NCBI GenBank assembly: GCA_002427105.1
Contig: DIPM01000005.1
Location: 5,572 to 69,571 of the forward strand
From: Marinilabiliaceae bacterium UBA5488
GTDB taxonomy: Bacteria > Bacteroidota > Bacteroidia > Bacteroidales > Marinilabiliaceae
Length of the DNA stretch: 64,000 nt
Direction: 5' to 3'
In this document: piece after piece, positions 56,098-64,000 of the stretch
How the letters are laid out: each line of letters opens with the position of its first letter
Position numbering within the stretch: the stretch's first letter is position 1
The notes under the pieces: model-generated
Databases searched by the model: none
What the model saw: only the letters and a program-made list of their open reading frames with translations
Told to the model about the DNA's origin: nothing
Position numbers and translations under genes: made by a program

Positions 56098-56145
56098 AAC
56101 TCAGCAATTCAGCAGCAATGTCGTTTAGATAAGATTAAAAATTTC

Positions 56146-56153
56146 TATCTTTG
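56146..56153 (+). promoter_or_regulatory. -7 promoter box TATCTTTG
   Basis: Exact TAnnTTTG match 64 nt upstream of the ATG at 56217. Confidence 0.5.
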
Positions 56154-56216
56154 ACTTACCGCACAAATGCCGGCAGTATAAGGTCCAAATTAAGAAATTT
56201 TACACCTAAGTTTGAT

Positions 56217-57395
56217 ATGACAACAGTAAAAACTGCCCTTAAGCGTATAACCGTACTTGACGCCCTGAGGGGTTTTGCCCTTATCTCCATCATGCTGCTT
56301 CATAATGTTGAGCGCTTCGAAGTTTATGGTTTGCCTGATCTGCACCTATGGCTGCAAAAGTCTGACCGGGTGGTTTGGGATAGCTTTTTCTTCCTGTTTG
56401 GGGGGAAATCCTATGCAATTTTCGCTCTTTTGTTTGGAGTAACATTTTTTATTCAATCGCACAATCAGGAAAAGATAGGCAAGGATTTCAGGCCACGCTT
56501 CGTGTGGCGCATGTTTTGGCTTCTAATCTTTGGAGTGATAAACACCCTCTTTTATCAAGGGGAAATACTTGTGTTATATGCTCTTGTGGGTATTTTAATA
56601 CTACCCTTTGTACGCCTTAGCAATAAAGCTCTGCTTATATCATCAGCATTCTTCCTGCTGCAACCAATATTGTGGATACGGACTTTCGTGGCTGTTGCCC
56701 GGCCTGACTTAGGGCTTAGCGAGCCTGTCTATATGCCTTTTTATCAAGCAGTAGGAGATGTTTTGAAAAGCCCCTCCATGCTTGAAATTATGAAAAGTAA
56801 TCTTTGTACTGGGCGCATAGCCTCTTTATTATGGTATTGGGAAAACGGGCGAATAGAGCAGACTCTTGGGCTTTTCATCTTAGGCTTTTGGATGGGACGT
56901 AAAAGCCTCTTTAAAGATACAGAAGAGAACCTTCGCTTATGGCGAAAAATTATTATTATTGCCTCACTGGCTTTCTTTCCTCTCTTGCTGCTCAAATCAA
57001 ATACGGCCTGGCTCAGCTCTTCCGAAGCTGTAGCAGAATATCTTGGGCGAATTATTGGTCTATGGTCTAACTTAGCCCTGGCCACAGTTTGGGTAAGCGC
57101 TTTTGTTCTTCTATTTTATAAAACTAAAGCGGGAAAATGGCTCGACAAACTCTCGCCGGTAGGCCGCATGAGCCTGACAAACTACCTTGTCCAATCCATT
57201 ATAGGAGCCACAATTTATTACGGCTACGGACTGGCAATGTACAAATACTCGGGCTATACTACCAGCTTGTTGATAGGGGTACTGCTTGCCTCTATTCAGA
57301 TTATATACAGCACCTGGTGGTTTAAGCATTTCAAACGAGGCCCTTTAGAGGGCTTGTGGCACAGCATTACATGGCTTGGGCGTTCTAAATCCTAA
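56217..57395 (+). CDS. DUF418-family (YeiB-like) membrane protein
   Basis: From the ATG at 56217: ...RITVLDALRGFALISIMLLHN. Polytopic. C-terminal GPLEGLWHSITW is the typical DUF418 motif. Confidence 0.8.
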   Translation: MTTVKTALKRITVLDALRGFALISIMLLHNVERFEVYGLPDLHLWLQKSDRVVWDSFFFLFGGKSYAIFALLFGVTFFIQSHNQEKIGKDFRPRFVWRMFWLLIFGVINTLFYQGEILVLYALVGILILPFVRLSNKALLISSAFFLLQPILWIRTFVAVARPDLGLSEPVYMPFYQAVGDVLKSPSMLEIMKSNLCTGRIASLLWYWENGRIEQTLGLFILGFWMGRKSLFKDTEENLRLWRKIIIIASLAFFPLLLLKSNTAWLSSSEAVAEYLGRIIGLWSNLALATVWVSAFVLLFYKTKAGKWLDKLSPVGRMSLTNYLVQSIIGATIYYGYGLAMYKYSGYTTSLLIGVLLASIQIIYSTWWFKHFKRGPLEGLWHSITWLGRSKS

Positions 57396-57416
57396 ACCAG
57401 CTGATAAATTATTCAG

Positions 57417-57444
57417 GCAGCCGCGCAATAACTTGCGCGGCTGC
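57417..57444. terminator. GC-rich hairpin between convergent genes (terminator-like, weak U-tracts)
   Basis: 10-bp perfect stem gcagccgcgc/gcgcggctgc with an 8-nt loop. Confidence 0.6.
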
Positions 57445-57458
57445 TACTAATAAATTAA

Positions 57459-57830
57459 TTATTTAACCAGAAAAAGGCCTATCCAAACAGCAAACAATCC
57501 AAGCAGTACACTCCCGGATATATACAGGAGGGCTGTAAAAGAATTACCTGATTGAAACAAGCTGATATTCTCTGCCGCAAAAGCAGAAAAGGTGGTGTAA
57601 CCGCCACAAAAGCCGGTAATAAAAAGTAATTTCAAGTCGGGACTGCTAAGCTGCTGCCGCTCAAAGACTCCCAGTAAGACCCCAATTATTAAGCAGCCTA
57701 CAAAATTAGCTACAAAGGTGGCTAAGGGGAAAGTCGTCTGGAAATACTTCGTCACCACAAGCGATGTAAGATAACGCAGCATACTGCCAATTCCGCCACC
57801 CAGCCCCACCAAAACTAATGCTTTAGTCAT
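57459..57830 (-). CDS. crcB: Fluoride efflux channel CrcB/FluC
   Basis: 123 aa with 4 TM. GGGIGSMLRY and GFCGGYTTFSAF motifs. Confidence 0.92.
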   Translation of the reverse strand: MTKALVLVGLGGGIGSMLRYLTSLVVTKYFQTTFPLATFVANFVGCLIIGVLLGVFERQQLSSPDLKLLFITGFCGGYTTFSAFAAENISLFQSGNSFTALLYISGSVLLGLFAVWIGLFLVK

Positions 57831-57888
57831 AACCGTAATTTCGTCAATAATACGGGCAAATCAACTAATTGTTACCCGACAGGCGGCA

Positions 57889-59724
57889 CTATTCTACAGT
57901 AACTGATTTTGCCAGATTTCGCGGCTGATCAACGTTGCACCCACGAAGTACTGCAATATGGTAAGCCAAAATCTGCATTGGTATTATGCTCAACATTGGC
58001 GACACAAGTTCGTGACAATCCGGTATTTCAATTACGTGATCCACCATGCCTTTTATTGTTTTATCGCCCCTGGTGACAACAGCAATCACTTTGCCCTTGC
58101 GCGCTTTTACCTCCTGAATATTGCTGACCATCTTTTCGTAAGACTGGTCGTTGATAGCAAGGGCAAAGACCGGCATATTCTCATCAATAAGCGCTATTGG
58201 GCCATGCTTCATTTCAGCTGCCGGATAACCCTCGGCGTGAATATATGAGATTTCTTTAAGCTTTAGCGCGCCCTCAAGGGCTACCGGAAAGAGCAGTCCG
58301 CGCCCCATATACAGAGCATTAGACACATCTTTATACGCTGCGGCAATTTCTGCTATTTTATCTTCCTCAGCCAAAATCTCCTTAATCTTACGCGGCACAA
58401 GGGTCAATTCATGTATAAGCAATTTATAATCATCCGCCGACAAGGCCTTCCTCTTGTTTCCTAAAAGCAAAGCCATCATGGTCAAAACCGTTATCTGGGA
58501 AGTAAAGGCTTTGGTAGAAGCTACGCCAATCTCAATACCGGCATGCGTATATACACCGGCATCCGTCTCGCGCGAAATTGAAGAGCCGGCAACATTGCAG
58601 ATACCCAAAATGGTAGCTCCGCTTTCCCGCACTTTTCTGATAGCCGCCAGAGTGTCGGCCGTTTCGCCGCTTTGCGAAATGGCTATAACCAAATCATCGC
58701 TGTCAATAATAGGGTCGCGATAACGAAATTCAGAGGCATATTCGACCTCAACCGGTATTCTGGCATATTGCTCAAAGAGGTACTCGCCCACCAGTCCGGC
58801 ATGCCATGAGGTTCCACAGGCCACAATAACAATTCGTTTGGCCTTTATTAGTTGTGGCATAACATCAAGTATCCCTCCCAGAAATATTTTACTCTCGTCC
58901 ATTGCAATGCGTCCCCTGAAAGTTTCTTGGATTGTAAAGGGCTGCTCATGGATTTCCTTAAGCATAAAATGCTCATATTCACCCTTGTCGATATTTTCTA
59001 TCGACAACTCAATCTTCTTGATATCAGGAGTTTTGCTATCATTAAAAAGGTCTTTCAAATCAAGACTCTCCCGCGTGATAACCGCTACCTCCTCATCATT
59101 TAAGTATATTACCTTATCGGTATATTCAATAATAGGCGTTGCATCCGAAGCCAAAAAGTATTCATTCTCACCAACACCAATGACCAGAGGGCTGCCTTTA
59201 CGGGCTGCTATCAGCTTACCGGGTTCATCTTCGCATGAAATTACCAGCCCGTATGCCCCTACCACCTTTGTGAGAGCCAGGCGAACAGCCAGCTCGGCGC
59301 TAACCTTTTGTTCAAAATATATGTTCTCGATAAGATTAGATAATATCTCCGTATCTGTCTCGCTTTCAAACCTATATCCCCTGCTTTGCAATTCTTTGCG
59401 AAGGTGAGAGTAGTTCTCAATAATCCCGTTGTGGACGACGTAGAACTTCCCGTTCATAGATTTATGCGGATGAGCATTCACATCGCTGGGCTCGCCATGA
59501 GTGGCCCATCTGGTGTGACCCATACCAATACTTCCTGAAATATCCTTATCTTTTGAAAGCAGCTCCAGGTCTTTTACTTTGCCTTTGCACTTATAAACAT
59601 TCGTTTTGCCATTAATTAAGGCTATGCCGGCAGAGTCATAACCTCTATATTCCAGTCTTTGCAAGCCTTTTACTATAATTGGATACGCAGTCCTATCCCC
59701 TACATAAGCTACTATTCCGCACAT
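57889..59724 (-). CDS. glmS: Glutamine-fructose-6-phosphate aminotransferase
   Basis: 611 aa. MCGIVAYVG N-terminal nucleophile, two SIS domains and a C-terminal ...LAKSVTVE. Confidence 0.97.
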   Translation of the reverse strand: MCGIVAYVGDRTAYPIIVKGLQRLEYRGYDSAGIALINGKTNVYKCKGKVKDLELLSKDKDISGSIGMGHTRWATHGEPSDVNAHPHKSMNGKFYVVHNGIIENYSHLRKELQSRGYRFESETDTEILSNLIENIYFEQKVSAELAVRLALTKVVGAYGLVISCEDEPGKLIAARKGSPLVIGVGENEYFLASDATPIIEYTDKVIYLNDEEVAVITRESLDLKDLFNDSKTPDIKKIELSIENIDKGEYEHFMLKEIHEQPFTIQETFRGRIAMDESKIFLGGILDVMPQLIKAKRIVIVACGTSWHAGLVGEYLFEQYARIPVEVEYASEFRYRDPIIDSDDLVIAISQSGETADTLAAIRKVRESGATILGICNVAGSSISRETDAGVYTHAGIEIGVASTKAFTSQITVLTMMALLLGNKRKALSADDYKLLIHELTLVPRKIKEILAEEDKIAEIAAAYKDVSNALYMGRGLLFPVALEGALKLKEISYIHAEGYPAAEMKHGPIALIDENMPVFALAINDQSYEKMVSNIQEVKARKGKVIAVVTRGDKTIKGMVDHVIEIPDCHELVSPMLSIIPMQILAYHIAVLRGCNVDQPRNLAKSVTVE

Positions 59725-59764
59725 AAACTATCTGTAAATATTATTTATACTCTTTAAAACCTTT

Positions 59765-61756
59765 CTACTCCACTTCAACAGCTGCAAGCTTCCTCCTTAC
59801 CTTTCGTGCTAAGGCCTTCTTTTTACTGATGTGTTCAATTATATCTCTTACGGCAGGGTGGCTCGTAAACTCGCCTCTTACGTTTTCAAAATCAATAGCT
59901 CTGGTCTCAGCTTCTCCGTCAATTCCAAAACCGGTCTGAGATTTCAGGGTAAACTCCTTTTTTGCATCACTATACATCATCTCATCTAGCGACACAACAG
60001 CGTTTTTCCACTCTTCCACAAAAGCATCCAATTGGTCACGTGAGGCCGTGGCAACATCTATCCCTACCTCGGATTTGAGGCGCACAACAATCCAATTCCA
60101 TGCCCATATAAAATAGTTGTCCTTCCATTGCCTGTAATAGCTATTTATATCACTTATTGATCGAATTTCTCCCTTTTCTATCAAATCGATAAAACTTAAA
60201 ACAATAGACTTTGGAACCAGCAATCCGGCCATATCAATCCATTCACCGGCACCTTCGCTACCCTCAGGCCTAAGCGCCTCGCGCATTTGAGCCTCCGTTA
60301 TGTAAGAGGCTAACTCAAGTTTTTTCACTAAGCCGTTACCCAGGAATTTCACCAATCCCAGACGGTAAATTCCTATTCCGCGCTCAAGCGAGGGAGCCAT
60401 AATCTTCACACTATTATACATATAATACTCAGAGGCAGGCCCTGAAGTTCTTTTAAGCTCATTAAGAACACTCATTCCTCTGATTATTTTTTGTATAGAA
60501 TATGGACTTAAGAGGTTGAAAACTATCGAATCGAGCAAAACATTACTCTTACGCCGATCGCGTTTAGGCCATTTGCGCGCATCCCGTATAGTTCCAATGC
60601 TTCTCAGGTTTACGGCGGGCGCCAAAAAGCTCTCATCTGTGTTCTCAATAAGATAGGAAAATGGCAAATCGGAGGTGTCAGGATTACGGTAGTGACGACC
60701 CATCACCAGCGAGAAAGCGCCGATTTTTGCCGGCCATAACAGGTATGAATCGCTGGTGGTCTTACTGCCACGCTCAACAACTCCCTGATGAATAGGTCCT
60801 AACTTATACATGTGATTACTCTGGTTGGAACCACTTCCGGCGTTCAAAAACGAATAATATCCGGCTATCAATAGAGTTGATTTGTGGTGAGAAACAGTAT
60901 AAGGACCTGCAAAAATTGAACAGGCCTCTCCATGAAAACCCTGACAATTAGCAAAAAACAAGGAGTTCTCTGCCGAATATTGCTTCGCCAGGATAGTGCC
61001 CTGACCAACGAAACAATTAGAAATCATTGACATCTCGTTGACTATGCTCCCGCAAGATGTGATAAAATCTTTGGCTACAACGCCGGGGCCAAAATAACTG
61101 GGATCCTCTTTACAGCTGTTAACCGTTCCGTTCGACAAACGATAGATTCCCTCAATTTCAGCATACTCCCCAATATTAACATCCAAAATGGTGCGACAGT
61201 TGATCAGATGTGCGCCCTTTGATACTCTTCCCATGTCAGAGGCAATAGATTCGCAGTACTCATCAGTCATGCTTGTGAGTCGCTCAATCAGAACCGGACA
61301 ATGCCGATAGAATGCCATCAGGTAAGCAGTATGAGCCGACAAGTCATTGTACATTACAACCTCACGCCCGCCCGTTTCATTCAAAACGGCCACCCGACAA
61401 CCGTTGCCAAAGTATGACCTGCCACTAACCGACATAGAGTCAACGCTCTCTATTACTACATCTTCCTCAATTATATAATTCGCCAGGTGATTTTTTACCT
61501 GATTGATATATACATTGTCTCCAATACGGCAATTATGGATGGTAGCATTATATATCCCGGAAACCTTTGGCACGCAGCCGCCAGACAAGAATTTGCGCCG
61601 GAGACTGCCAATGGTAATATCTCCCGAAAAAACAACATTACGTATGTTTGTTGTCACAAAGTCTTCCTTAACCCTTACTCGCTCCCACTCGGCGCATAAG
61701 CACCCGTTTCTCTCAAGTTGGGAACACTCTTCCTGTGTTAGATTACGAAACTCCAT
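59765..61756 (-). CDS. DUF4954-family protein (predicted beta-helix repeat protein)
   Basis: 663 aa. The N-terminus MEFRNLTQEECSQLERNGC... and the periodic hydrophobic/Gly/Asn-rich turns suggest a beta-helix. Its position directly upstream of glmS matches my recollection of Bacteroidota synteny. Confidence 0.65.
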   Translation of the reverse strand: MEFRNLTQEECSQLERNGCLCAEWERVRVKEDFVTTNIRNVVFSGDITIGSLRRKFLSGGCVPKVSGIYNATIHNCRIGDNVYINQVKNHLANYIIEEDVVIESVDSMSVSGRSYFGNGCRVAVLNETGGREVVMYNDLSAHTAYLMAFYRHCPVLIERLTSMTDEYCESIASDMGRVSKGAHLINCRTILDVNIGEYAEIEGIYRLSNGTVNSCKEDPSYFGPGVVAKDFITSCGSIVNEMSMISNCFVGQGTILAKQYSAENSLFFANCQGFHGEACSIFAGPYTVSHHKSTLLIAGYYSFLNAGSGSNQSNHMYKLGPIHQGVVERGSKTTSDSYLLWPAKIGAFSLVMGRHYRNPDTSDLPFSYLIENTDESFLAPAVNLRSIGTIRDARKWPKRDRRKSNVLLDSIVFNLLSPYSIQKIIRGMSVLNELKRTSGPASEYYMYNSVKIMAPSLERGIGIYRLGLVKFLGNGLVKKLELASYITEAQMREALRPEGSEGAGEWIDMAGLLVPKSIVLSFIDLIEKGEIRSISDINSYYRQWKDNYFIWAWNWIVVRLKSEVGIDVATASRDQLDAFVEEWKNAVVSLDEMMYSDAKKEFTLKSQTGFGIDGEAETRAIDFENVRGEFTSHPAVRDIIEHISKKKALARKVRRKLAAVEVE

Positions 61757-61965
61757 CTTGGATTGAAATTAAAAAACAATCCGAAAGTACAACATATCTC
61801 TAATTAAGAGTAATTCCACATAAAAACGAAAGCTAAGCATAACAAAAAATGTTGTACAACATCCATAACGCAACCTTACGAAAGATGCATTTGTTATTTA
61901 AGCTGTCCGAAAAGAATAGCAACAATGCAAGCACATATACATAAGGTTACGAAAGAATAAGGGTT

Positions 61966-62250
61966 TTATCCTTTATAAAGTATAGAATCTTCCCACTCAG
62001 GATGCCGCTTCAAAAATGTAACTATATAAGGGCAGACAGGAATAATTTTCACTCCATTGTCTCTGCACCACTCAAACACTCCCGCGGTTAACTTAGCTGC
62101 AGCGCCCTTGCCCCTCTGTGAAACAGGAATCCAGGTATGAGTAAGCGACCAGACCTTGGGCTGACTTTCAACATACTCGATATAGGCAATATCATCGTCA
62201 AGCTTAAGTTCGAAGCGCCTATCTCCCTTTACATGAATAATGTTTTCCAT
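61966..62250 (-). CDS. Small GNAT-like N-acetyltransferase (YjdJ type)
   Basis: 94 aa. RGKGAAAKLTAGVFEWCRDNGVKIIPVCPYI is the typical motif of single-domain GNAT-like proteins. Confidence 0.75.
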   Translation of the reverse strand: MENIIHVKGDRRFELKLDDDIAYIEYVESQPKVWSLTHTWIPVSQRGKGAAAKLTAGVFEWCRDNGVKIIPVCPYIVTFLKRHPEWEDSILYKG

Positions 62251-62372
62251 AGTTATCTTATATTGTGAACATTAATTACTTAGTTCAATATTACATTATC
62301 AAACAATAAGCCTTGACATTTGTTGAGCGTTTCGCTTACTTTGTTTAACAATAACTTCTAAAACTTATAAAA

Positions 62373-62738
62373 ATGGAAAACTTAGCTTTACAAAATGCCT
62401 CTGCCTCTCTTCCTCCTTGGATCGGTTTCGTTTGGTCTGCTCTGGCCATCCTTAGTCTAGTAACCATGTGGTTTATCTTTGAAAAAGCCGGCAAACCAGG
62501 ATGGAAATCCATTATCCCAATTTACAACGTGCTGGTATTTTTGCAAATAATAGGAAAACCGTGGTGGTGGATTATTTTAGCATTTATCCCCATAGTCGGC
62601 GTTATTTTCTACATTTGGGCCATGAATTTGCTGTCAAAACGCTTCGGCAAAAGCGAATTGTTCACAGTGGGAATAATTTTTCTTCCCTACGTATTTCTGC
62701 CAATATTAGCTTTCGGTTCAGCCCAATACACTAAATAA
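62373..62738 (+). CDS. DUF5684-family small membrane protein
   Basis: 121 aa. FEKAGKPGWKSIIPIYNVLVFLQIIGKPWWW. Confidence 0.75.
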   Translation: MENLALQNASASLPPWIGFVWSALAILSLVTMWFIFEKAGKPGWKSIIPIYNVLVFLQIIGKPWWWIILAFIPIVGVIFYIWAMNLLSKRFGKSELFTVGIIFLPYVFLPILAFGSAQYTK

Positions 62739-62888
62739 ATTATCTGGAAAAAAGGGCTGCATTGCTAACATTCGCTCTATGATTTAGCGTAAAATGTGTA
62801 AGACAAATTGACTTATTTCTAATCACAATTTGCTTAATCGCAGAGCACTCCAAGTCGCACATCCCTGTGCATCAGTTTATTATTTCAG

Positions 62889-62920
62889 AATCCGGGAAAG
62901 AAGGCTTTCTTTCCCGGATT
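62889..62920 (+). terminator. Intrinsic terminator (14-bp perfect stem, GGCT tetraloop)
   Basis: aatccgggaaagaa-ggct-ttctttcccggatt followed by TCATTG. It lies 150 nt downstream of the DUF5684 stop codon. Confidence 0.7.
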
Positions 62921-63120
62921 TCATTGTTCACTTTTCTACTCTTATATTTGCTTATAAGTGAAGGCGAGGAAACTATTTCCAAAAAGTATGATTCCCGCCT
63001 CACCATAGTAAGTTAATTGTCAACATTCATTTAATATGAAATTGACCACGAGGAGTTCTTATGCAAAAGCGCTTAGGGTTCTTGTGGAAAATCCATACGA
63101 CAACAATAATTTTTAAAAGT

Positions 63121-64000
63121 ATGAAAAAGTTCGTGATACTGCTGCTGTTTGTGATGTTGGGCATGCCTGCTGCACTTGAGGCTAATGATGAGCCCTGGCT
63201 AAAGGCCGAAGAAATTCTGAAAAATATCAGCGACCCTGTATTTCGCGATAAAGACTATCTTATTACCCGACATGGAGCAAAGCCGGGAGCTGCCTATGAC
63301 AATACAAAGGCAATTAACAGGCTTATTGAAAAATGCAGCAAGCAGGGAGGCGGACGCGTGGTAGTGCCTGCCGGTGAATTCCATACCGGTCCTATCACCT
63401 TAAAAAGCAATGTAAACCTCCACCTCGAAGAAGGCGCGGTATTGAAGTTTTCTAATAATCCCGATGACTATGTTCCCTTTGTCAGAACTCGTTGGGAAGG
63501 TCTTGATGCCATAAACTATCGTCCTTTAATTTATGCTATAAACGAGACCAACATTGCCGTAACCGGCAAAGGCTTACTTGACGGTCAGGCCGATAACGAA
63601 AGTTGGTGGTGGATGAAGGAAAAAGAAGAATATGGATGGGAAGAGGGTATGAGCAGCCAATATCAGACTGGGCGTCCCAAGCTAATGGAGATGGCTGAGA
63701 AAAACCTCCCTATAGAGCAACGGCTCTTACAAAAAGAGGATTTGCTTCGTCCACAATTCATCAATCCTGTGAACTGTACCAATGTTCTTATTGAGGGTGT
63801 CACGATTAAACGTGCTCCTTTCTGGGTCTTACATCCCATGTTCTGCGAAAACGTAACAATTAGGGGCGTAAAGATTAACAGTCACGGCCCTAACAACGAT
63901 GGCTGCGACCCGGAATCCAGCAAGAATGTACTAATCGAAGATTGCGAGTTTGATACCGGCGATGATTGTATCGCGATAAAATCAGGCAGAAACAATGACG
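63121..64000 (+). CDS. Glycoside hydrolase family 28 (exo-polygalacturonase type), partial; continues beyond the window
   Basis: I translated it by hand with no stop to the window edge. Signal peptide MKKFVILLLFVMLG, then GGGRVVVPAGEFHTGPITLKSNVNLHL, NNDGCDPES and DTGDDCIAIKSGRNND, which are GH28 catalytic motifs. Confidence 0.88.
   Translation, partial: MKKFVILLLFVMLGMPAALEANDEPWLKAEEILKNISDPVFRDKDYLITRHGAKPGAAYDNTKAINRLIEKCSKQGGGRVVVPAGEFHTGPITLKSNVNLHLEEGAVLKFSNNPDDYVPFVRTRWEGLDAINYRPLIYAINETNIAVTGKGLLDGQADNESWWWMKEKEEYGWEEGMSSQYQTGRPKLMEMAEKNLPIEQRLLQKEDLLRPQFINPVNCTNVLIEGVTIKRAPFWVLHPMFCENVTIRGVKINSHGPNNDGCDPESSKNVLIEDCEFDTGDDCIAIKSGRNND

Noticed and set aside
55854-56132. 92-aa plus-strand ORF spanning the end of the patatin gene and the intergenic region.
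   Set aside because: It overlaps the patatin C-terminus out of frame and runs through obvious RNA hairpins and a terminator. It is more likely non-coding.
4866-56216. N-terminal extensions in the ORF track that begin at TTG/GTG or at upstream ATGs: 4866, 2796, 27491, 28900, 30092, 38512, 41070, 41974, 44302, 51633 and 56151.
   Set aside because: In each case an internal ATG yields a typical family N-terminus or a clean signal peptide. The extension would also overlap the neighbouring gene or the promoter box, so I trimmed the coordinates.
59725-59764. Possible glmS ribozyme upstream of glmS.
   Set aside because: Only 40 nt separate glmS from the preceding ORF, far too short for the ~170-nt ribozyme. 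No conserved core sequence is visible.
1-64000. Search for mobile elements, integrases, phage genes, toxin-antitoxin pairs or defence islands.
   Set aside because: No transposase, integrase or recombinase motifs, terminal inverted repeats or abrupt composition shifts were seen. The window reads as core chromosome.

Overview
The window looks like a contiguous, gene-dense stretch of core chromosome from a Bacteroidota-type organism. Evidence: exact TAnnTTTG -7 promoter boxes upstream of several genes, almost no Shine-Dalgarno sequences, rnfBCDGEA gene order, and DUF4954/DUF5063/DUF5684-type genes. I support about 52 protein-coding genes and found no rRNA, tRNA, CRISPR array, transposase or integrase.

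Main blocks, in order:
- DUF5063-like gene, recQ-family helicase and a short SSB-like gene
- a TGS/uridine-kinase fusion
- rseC-rnfBCDGEA
- two truncated-looking ORFs, a beta-carbonic anhydrase and a lipoprotein Fe/Mn SOD
- a four-gene operon on the minus strand: GshF-type ATP-grasp ligase, plant-type glutamate-cysteine ligase and an asymmetric heterodimeric ABC exporter
- a GH51 arabinofuranosidase and xylE/xylA/xylB with an AraR-type regulator
- a seven-gene TetR/TolC/HlyD/2xATPase/2xABC-2 permease efflux operon (YbhGFSR-like)
- a DeaD-type helicase with a long leader, an outer-membrane protein, a MATE pump and a MerR/B12-like regulator
- yicC-gmk-nadD, an EEP nuclease and carboxynorspermidine dehydrogenase
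- a TolC/MFP/RND/P-II-like efflux operon facing a LytS/LytTR two-component pair
- yeiH-like, patatin, DUF418, crcB, glmS, DUF4954, GNAT, DUF5684 and a partial GH28 gene

The most interesting candidate system is the ligase-ligase-exporter-exporter operon at 14213-20098. It may make and export a gamma-glutamyl thiol peptide.

All family calls rest on motif recognition by eye. No database search was possible.
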